From: Epithemia pelagica
Lineage: Eukaryota; Protista; Bacillariophyta
DNA: 64,000 bases
Assembly (NCBI GenBank): GCA_946965045.2
Contig: OX337242.1
Location: 2,046,001-2,110,000 of the forward strand
Reading direction: 5' to 3'
Numbering within the stretch: the stretch's first letter is position 1; the number at the start of each line of letters is the position of its first letter. Below the pieces are notes generated by a model. It worked only from the letters and a program-made list of their open reading frames with translations, was not told the DNA's origin and made no database searches. Of the stretch, positions 57,480 through 64,000 are shown one piece after another. The translations under genes were made by a program, and so were the position numbers.

Positions 57480-59115
57480 CGCACACAAACGAACCAACAC
57501 ACAACCTCCCATCGACCCATCCGCTTCTGGAGACAACGAGTTAGTCGTGTTTTAACGACGCTGTGGTTGTGAAGGGACGGCGAAACTCGGTTGAACCGGA
57601 AATCAATGGCAATCGTTGGTCCCAGTTTGTAAATAGAAAGACCACCAACCGTTCCCATGAGTATCCGTATACACTCGCAAGACCTTTGCAATGGTTGACT
57701 CATGGTAAGAGCAAGAGTAGTCTATAGAGCGCTATTATTATTTTTTGAAACATACTCCTAAATTCCCATGGCCCATGGATAACTCAGTTGTGCTAGTGTC
57801 GTTGGCACCATTCCAACTGGTGCACCTTGCGAACCACCGGTCCAAATCCGTGTTCATAAGGGTCGGATGGATTCCCACAATTCTTGGCCATCCAGTGCTC
57901 GTCAAAGTTGGAACGTTTGGCACGGCTGGACCAACGACGGCCGGCACTCAAATCTTTGGGACGGTCCAGGCTTGGATGCCCGCATCCAAATCCGTCCCTA
58001 CGCCATCCATCCAAATCACACTCGAGTTGGACTGCTGCTTCCTCCTGTTTCGGGTGGGTTTCGCGGGTGGCTCATGTTGTGACTTTGGTCGATTGGCGAG
58101 AACCATTATTGGACAATGCACTCACAGCATCATCCTTCGCCACACGTTTCTGGCTTCGAATCAAGGAGGATGTGAGAAATCGAATGTACTTTGGGAAAGC
58201 TTGCGTTTGCTACGCAACGAATTCATGATAAATAAATGCTGACGGATATGGAACGTTTCGGTGTCTGATGACCAGGAAAGACACCGGAAGAGGAGGGGAT
58301 GGGGACGAGGACGAACCAATTGCCGCTAGTTGAATGGAGAAGAGAGCAAAGAGGCGGTAACATGTAGCAACTTCGAACGTCGTTCCTCTCATCTCTCTCA
58401 TGGTCGGAAGACTTCCAGCTGCCGCACGCCCGTCGCAACGGGACGCCGACCGACTACCCGGGCGCCGCCATTTCGACGTTCCGAGATAAGAATAGTCGCG
58501 TTTCCGTCGCGTTGCAAAAATGGGACACGTTTCTCAACGTCACCCCGTGGTTCGGAAATGGGGTTGCATGCGTCACTCAAGATTCGCGGTCTCGAGACAC
58601 TCCCCGACACGCAGGCAGAGACGACGACAGAGAGAACAAGAGTACCAATGCCACACAACAACCGCTTCCTGGAATGCAACGCCGCAGAAAGACGACAGCA
58701 CGCCGACAAATGTTCCAATAGATAAACCCATAGAACAACACATCATCCTTCATCATCCTCGTATCTCTACTACAATACCCTCACGATTCTACCATCGCTC
58801 ACGATACGAGTACAACACGTAATCTAGCACCAACAAACAACTACTCAAACTCTCTCGTTGCTCTGGCTTGACGTCGTCACCTTTACCAAGGGCTTGTTGG
58901 TACAACCAATCATCATCCTCATCATCTCGAATCTTGCTGCTTGAAATTGGCGTGTGTGTTCAATCTTTTGTGAATTACACGGAGGCGAAGGAGGCGCCAT
59001 TGGAAAGGCACTCGTCCAAACAGCAAAAGGTATCATTTTCTCCACCAAAGGGAACCTTTCGATTTGGTAGCCATTGACCAACCAACCAACCTACCTGCAA
59101 TCGCCCATCCGAATC

Positions 59116-62100
59116 ATGACGTTAACCATGGCGACCGTCTCCCGTGTTGTCATGGTGACAACCTGGTGGTTGGTGTTGTTGGGGAATGCTCCGGCGTTTT
59201 CCTTCTCGTCCTGGGTGCGTCGTACGACAACAAGAACAACAAGAACGACTCGATTACGATCCAGCACCTTGGATCGTCCGACTCGGACCGTGTCGAATGA
59301 AACGGGCCTCTCTTCGTCGTCGTCATCGCCTTCGTGGAAATCGTCCTTGGCCAATCTGTATTACGAACCAAGTCCACCCTTGCACCAACCACCCTTGTAC
59401 TTGTTGTACTCGGAGGACGACAACGACGACAAGGAGAAACCGTGGATGGATGACCATGCCACTGCTGCCGCGTCGGCGGCGGCTCACCAACAAGCCGAAA
59501 CGGCCTGGTTGCTCTCCTCCACCACCACCACCACGACTGCGGAGGACCATGCTCGGGTCGAGCATCCCATCGTGGCGGTCTCCGAACCCAGCGTGGTTGC
59601 CGACTTGCTGCTTCAGGATCATGACCACCACAAATCAAAGAAGGAGGAGGAGGAACCAACCATGGCCAGTGTCAAAGAGACTCCATCCACAACAGAGGAG
59701 AAACTCTCTATATTGAATGATCCAGAGGGCGACGATTGTGCTCCACCGACCTCGTCCATCGCAATGGAAGACCAACCAGTGGACAAGGAGGACGACGACG
59801 ACTTTTTGTGTCCGGATTCCATTGATGCCTTGGTACAAGATGTCGACGATTTGATTGAACAAATGGATTTGTTGGTGGAAAACTTTCACAGTACCTCCCT
59901 GGCTTCTCCACGACGACGACGCCAATCACAAGACAAGGAAGAATCTTCCATCGACTTGGTCTCGCCCGATAAAGTGTCACAGGAAACCTTGGTATCGACG
60001 GCAGCCACGGCGTCTGTGGTGGCCATGGTGGGCTTGCATGCCAAACCTGTGGTTGGAATGACGGTGGGAGCCATGACGGCCTGTCTCTCCTTGTTGGACA
60101 GTCCGTTGGGGTCGTGGGTCCGACGCACGGGCACCCTGGCCGGCATTGTGGCCTTGGCCCTCGGATCCGCCGCCGCCTCGACACCCGGTCGCTCAACGAC
60201 GACACCAACGACTCTCCCTACCGTACCAGCCGCAAATGGGTCGACCGAGAGGGAATCCACCACCACCAGTGGTACGGCCGTCGAGCGTCTCGTGACGGAG
60301 GAACCCTCCAGTCCCGACCCAGTGGACTTGGCAGGAGTGGCTCCACCCACGAATGACAACGACGACGACGAAAGCAGTGACACCATGGCTCGAAGAAAGG
60401 AACACGACCTAGAGTATCCGGACGAGAAACTCGAGCATCAAGGCGAACCCATTACACTGGAACAATCTGCACCCCAAACAACACAACCAGACGACAAGAA
60501 CCACAAGGATGCGACCACCACTCACCGTGCCATGTCCACCACTCCTTCCATGACGCCTCTCATGTTTTTTGCCACACCACTCGTAATTCACGACGACACG
60601 GCGAACGCGGTCCCTGGCTCATCATCGACCACCACCACCGTGTTGCCCGTGGCTCCCTCGCGAACCTTTTTGTACGAAGTGACGCAAGCCAATCAACGAA
60701 AACTCGCCATGACGCGACTGTCGTCCTCCTCCACAGCCACACAATCCGATCGATCCTATTGGTATGACAGTTCCGAGGCCCGGACCCGACTGCAGTCACG
60801 AAACAACAACAACAAGAACACTGTGGATCCGGCCGTATCATCGTCGGAAACCGTGTGGGAGCGACAAGACGAGTTGTACTCGTTGTACAACTCGCTCGCC
60901 ATTGGCACCTTGGAACCAAGCATGGAACAACACGGGGAACAACAACAACAAGTCTCACAAAACCGACAGATGAGCAACACACCCTTGCCCAACACACAAG
61001 CGGAACACCAGCAAACTTGGAGACGGTACGGGGAGCACGATATTCTGTCAGAACCGTTTGTCGTTTCTTCCCCCCCTCCAAGAGATGACGAGGATGAGAA
61101 AATTCGACGACAAGAGCCGGCTCCATGGACAATGCCACAAGTATCCGACACGATTGGTACCGATGAGGAGGCTGAGGAGGAATCCCCGCTGCGGCCATTG
61201 GAATTCGATCCGGTCGCCGCCAAAGCAAGACTGCGGGGATGGGATCGATCCTTTCGAGATGACAACGGTATTTCTCCCGAACGGACGACGAGGCATCATT
61301 TCAACACGGGAACCACCAGTCGATGGCAACCCTCACCGGAACTATCGTCGTCCTGGGATTTGTCCGCCGCTCAAGCACGCATGCGTGGATGGGAACTGTC
61401 GCAGCGCAAGATGGAGGAACCCAACAGCGACGCTGGATCATCCATGTACATGACGCAACAAGACTCGGAACTGCGAACCACCAATGGGGAAACGCCAACC
61501 AACGTGGCGTTACCGAATGACGAGCGAACCAATGGGGAAACGCCCACCAACGGGGAGGCGCCCCATGGCGAAGAAGAACCAATGGGTGAACCAGAGGTTG
61601 TGAGTCCGATGCAGGAGGTTGCCCAAGTCACGACCAGATACTCTCAACCACTTCAAGGATGGCAAAATTCGTTGAACATGGCCATGCCGGAATCCACTCC
61701 CACCGAGGCGGAACAACCGCCCGCAACATGGATGGAAACACAACAAGCTACTACCGAGACAGCTCAAGAACCAGCAGCCCCATGGATGGAACCTCAACAA
61801 TCGACTGCAACAATTCAGGAATCCGCCGCTCCATGGATGCAAACGCAACAATCGACGACGACAAATCAGGAGCCCATAGCCCCTTGGATGGAACCTCAGC
61901 AAGTGGCCACAACGACCGAGGAATACACCCCTTCGATGGCATCCATTGGCTCCTTGGACAAATCGTCCCTTGTCGTTGCACCCCCACCAGAACCAATGGC
62001 GCCAACCAGGACGGTACGATCCACATCGACCACCACTGGACAACAGGGCCCTTACCAAAGTTTTAATCCGATTTCTGTCGATCAAGCCACTCGCACGGAG

Positions 62101-62460
62101 GAAAGCTACGCTCGGGGTCGAAACTATGCAATGGGTAAGTGGTCGCCAATTGTACGACCAGTCACACACGCACAGCAAGAAAAGTATTCGGACCAGGAAC
62201 TGAGTCCCATTGAATTGATCGCCAAACAACGAGCCGAGAACGCGAAACGTCAACGAGCGGAGGCAGCAGCGGCTGCAGCTGCAGCCGAGGAAGAGGAACG
62301 ACAAAAGGCACAAGAACAACAACAACAACAAGAATCTCAAGAAGAACAAGAAATACAAGGGAATGAAGAGGTTGACGCATCTTCGTTGAGTGAGGATTGG
62401 ACGTTCTCACCTCATCGACCACAGTTTCCCATTGGAGTTGGTCCCTATGTGGTCCAATAA
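59116..62460 (+). CDS. Large low-complexity, probably plastid-targeted protein, 1114 aa
   Basis: ATG 59116; signal peptide ending NAPA-FSF (ASAFAP-like), Arg/Thr/Ser-rich transit-like peptide, hydrophobic hairpin near residues 290-350, acidic and Thr/Gln-rich tail. Confidence 0.8.
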   Translation: MTLTMATVSRVVMVTTWWLVLLGNAPAFSFSSWVRRTTTRTTRTTRLRSSTLDRPTRTVSNETGLSSSSSSPSWKSSLANLYYEPSPPLHQPPLYLLYSEDDNDDKEKPWMDDHATAAASAAAHQQAETAWLLSSTTTTTTAEDHARVEHPIVAVSEPSVVADLLLQDHDHHKSKKEEEEPTMASVKETPSTTEEKLSILNDPEGDDCAPPTSSIAMEDQPVDKEDDDDFLCPDSIDALVQDVDDLIEQMDLLVENFHSTSLASPRRRRQSQDKEESSIDLVSPDKVSQETLVSTAATASVVAMVGLHAKPVVGMTVGAMTACLSLLDSPLGSWVRRTGTLAGIVALALGSAAASTPGRSTTTPTTLPTVPAANGSTERESTTTSGTAVERLVTEEPSSPDPVDLAGVAPPTNDNDDDESSDTMARRKEHDLEYPDEKLEHQGEPITLEQSAPQTTQPDDKNHKDATTTHRAMSTTPSMTPLMFFATPLVIHDDTANAVPGSSSTTTTVLPVAPSRTFLYEVTQANQRKLAMTRLSSSSTATQSDRSYWYDSSEARTRLQSRNNNNKNTVDPAVSSSETVWERQDELYSLYNSLAIGTLEPSMEQHGEQQQQVSQNRQMSNTPLPNTQAEHQQTWRRYGEHDILSEPFVVSSPPPRDDEDEKIRRQEPAPWTMPQVSDTIGTDEEAEEESPLRPLEFDPVAAKARLRGWDRSFRDDNGISPERTTRHHFNTGTTSRWQPSPELSSSWDLSAAQARMRGWELSQRKMEEPNSDAGSSMYMTQQDSELRTTNGETPTNVALPNDERTNGETPTNGEAPHGEEEPMGEPEVVSPMQEVAQVTTRYSQPLQGWQNSLNMAMPESTPTEAEQPPATWMETQQATTETAQEPAAPWMEPQQSTATIQESAAPWMQTQQSTTTNQEPIAPWMEPQQVATTTEEYTPSMASIGSLDKSSLVVAPPPEPMAPTRTVRSTSTTTGQQGPYQSFNPISVDQATRTEESYARGRNYAMGKWSPIVRPVTHAQQEKYSDQELSPIELIAKQRAENAKRQRAEAAAAAAAAEEEERQKAQEQQQQQESQEEQEIQGNEEVDASSLSEDWTFSPHRPQFPIGVGPYVVQ
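61711..61920 (+). repeat. Four 17-aa (51-nt) coding repeats with a PWMEPQQ core
   Basis: PPATWMETQQ, AAPWMEPQQ, AAPWMQTQQ, IAPWMEPQQ. Confidence 0.85.
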
Positions 62461-63681
62461 AGGAAAATGTGATTGAGGGAGCGTTTCGCTTTTCTGCATT
62501 TATTTATATACAAAGTTGTAGAGTATTTTCCTGATCCACTTCACTGAAAACTGTTTCACGTCAACTCATGGTCAAGCGTACCATCTTTGTATTCGGAATA
62601 CCCCGCATTGGTCAATGTTGCAGAAGGCTTATCCGACATCAAACAGAAGCCACTCACACTCCAGTAAATTGCATGAAGCGTCAAGTCGACGTTGCTCCTA
62701 ATCTAGCTTTGGTTTGACTATTCGATCCGGTTAGACTTTTTTCTAGGATGCCTGTCTCAGATGAAATTCAAATTGAGCAACGTGTCTCGAGGAGGATAAA
62801 GTACAACGAGACGAAAAGGGCGTACTCCTCTCGTTATTGGCAACTTGTGGCAAATGCACGCCACAAGATTACTCAAACAGGTTCTCAATCCTCCTGCTTC
62901 CGGGAGCATGTTTGATGGTGAAGTAGCCTCTGGTTCAGAGCTCGGAGCGGAATGAAAGAGGGCGTTTCTCAAATGCTTTTTTATATATTGTAGACCCAGA
63001 GGTGCAAGATGGGTCCTGATTCACTTGATGGATGATTGTTTGGCCAAAGCCCGACTCTGAAGACGTCGGATCGACCGATGTTGCACAAAAGGCTTTTCAC
63101 TCTTTTCAGACACCACAAGCGCGAACGCTTTGGCGTATGGGGCAACATACGAGAAGTCCAAAGTCCGAACCCTTTTCCATTTGTCGTTAGACCGTTTATC
63201 CAGTATTCTCATTCGATAACACATACAAGTACAAGAGACCTCAAAAGCTGAAAAGTTCGGATCAGTACGAGTATCTTGTGTTTTGAGATCCTGCTCTGCA
63301 CTCAAAACTCATCGCCTCTCTTTGACTTCAACCTTCAAGACTCCGAAATTTACCAGAAGCGTCGTAACGCGAAGTACGACATCAGACATTATTAACAAAA
63401 GCGAACTGTGAATGCGAAGGCTCTCATTTCCCACGTAGCATTTTCACCACGTTCAATTGTAAAACCCAATCATCTTTCTTGAAAACGACTCAAGTTCTTC
63501 CGGGAGAATACACAAACGCTTCGACGATGCAACAAAATCGAATGGACACATCGCTTGGACGGGACAAACAGGGACCAAACGAGAAGACACAAACACAGCA
63601 ACCAAAGACCCTTTGCAAGGACCACAAAAACAAACCATTGCAACAAATATCACATGTATCTTTGCAAAAACCATCTTCGAA

Positions 63682-64000
63682 ATGTTGAAGGTGGTTCGTT
63701 CCTCAATGCTAAAGCCCAAGTCCCCACTGAGCGCCTACAACCTATTCTTCCAAGTGGAACGGAAACGTATCATTGATGGAACCGAGTCCTCCGTGACTTG
63801 CCCCATTACCATAGACGAGGTGGAATCGATCCGATCTAAGCACAAGCTCAAGGGCAAACGAGTTCATCGAAGAACACATGGCAAAATAAGTTTCCAGGAA
63901 TTGGCCCGTACGGTAGCAAGTCGATGGAGGCACTTGCCGTCTCCGGCAAGGGAACTCTTGGAGCAGCAAGCGATTGTAGAGAAACGAGAGTACGCTAAGC
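63682..64000 (+). CDS. HMG-box protein (diatom type), truncated by the window end
   Basis: KPKSPLSAYNLFFQVERKRI...KRVHRRTHGKISFQELARTVASRWRHL; missed by the ORF track because there is no stop in the window. Confidence 0.9.
   Translation, partial: MLKVVRSSMLKPKSPLSAYNLFFQVERKRIIDGTESSVTCPITIDEVESIRSKHKLKGKRVHRRTHGKISFQELARTVASRWRHLPSPARELLEQQAIVEKREYAK

Noticed and set aside
57793-58401. Signal-peptide-like ORF continuing through two stops for 203 codons
   Set aside because: No recognisable domain; cannot be distinguished from chance.
62757-63305. Two short minus ORFs in the same frame across one TGA
   Set aside because: No motif or codon-level support.

Overview
Eukaryotic nuclear DNA, most likely from a pennate diatom. 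Evidence: short GT-AG introns, ASAFAP-type plastid targeting signals, a CoDi-like Ty1/copia element, and diatom-style ankyrin and HMG-box proteins. The supplied ORF track ignores splicing and uses GTG/TTG starts, so gene models were rebuilt by hand. Left to right: a multi-PB1 gene; an AsmA-like gene; a ~14 kb tandem duplication (7374-21530 and 21527-35852; each unit is IMP2-like peptidase, ~2900-aa DUF3638/DUF3645 SecA-like SF2 ATPase, two-pore EF-hand channel, ankyrin protein); a full-length copia (36042-43227) with a non-autonomous hAT nested in its 3' LTR; an MsrB-like gene; SEC13; a nonsense-disrupted racemase-like/SLATT locus; a Harbinger/Tourist MITE; a TUL1/FLY-type RING ligase; a large low-complexity plastid-targeted protein; and a partial HMG-box gene. 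Three observations stand out. (1) The two giant ATPase copies are intact but deeply diverged inside a duplication whose neighbouring genes are ~98% identical, and both channel copies are broken. (2) The copia lacks a canonical PBS and instead matches the D-arm of initiator tRNA-Met; gag and pol lie in one frame interrupted by two TGA-C codons. (3) A candidate racemase-fold plus SLATT two-TM fusion. Identity values are hand counts or labelled estimates; no database searches were run.
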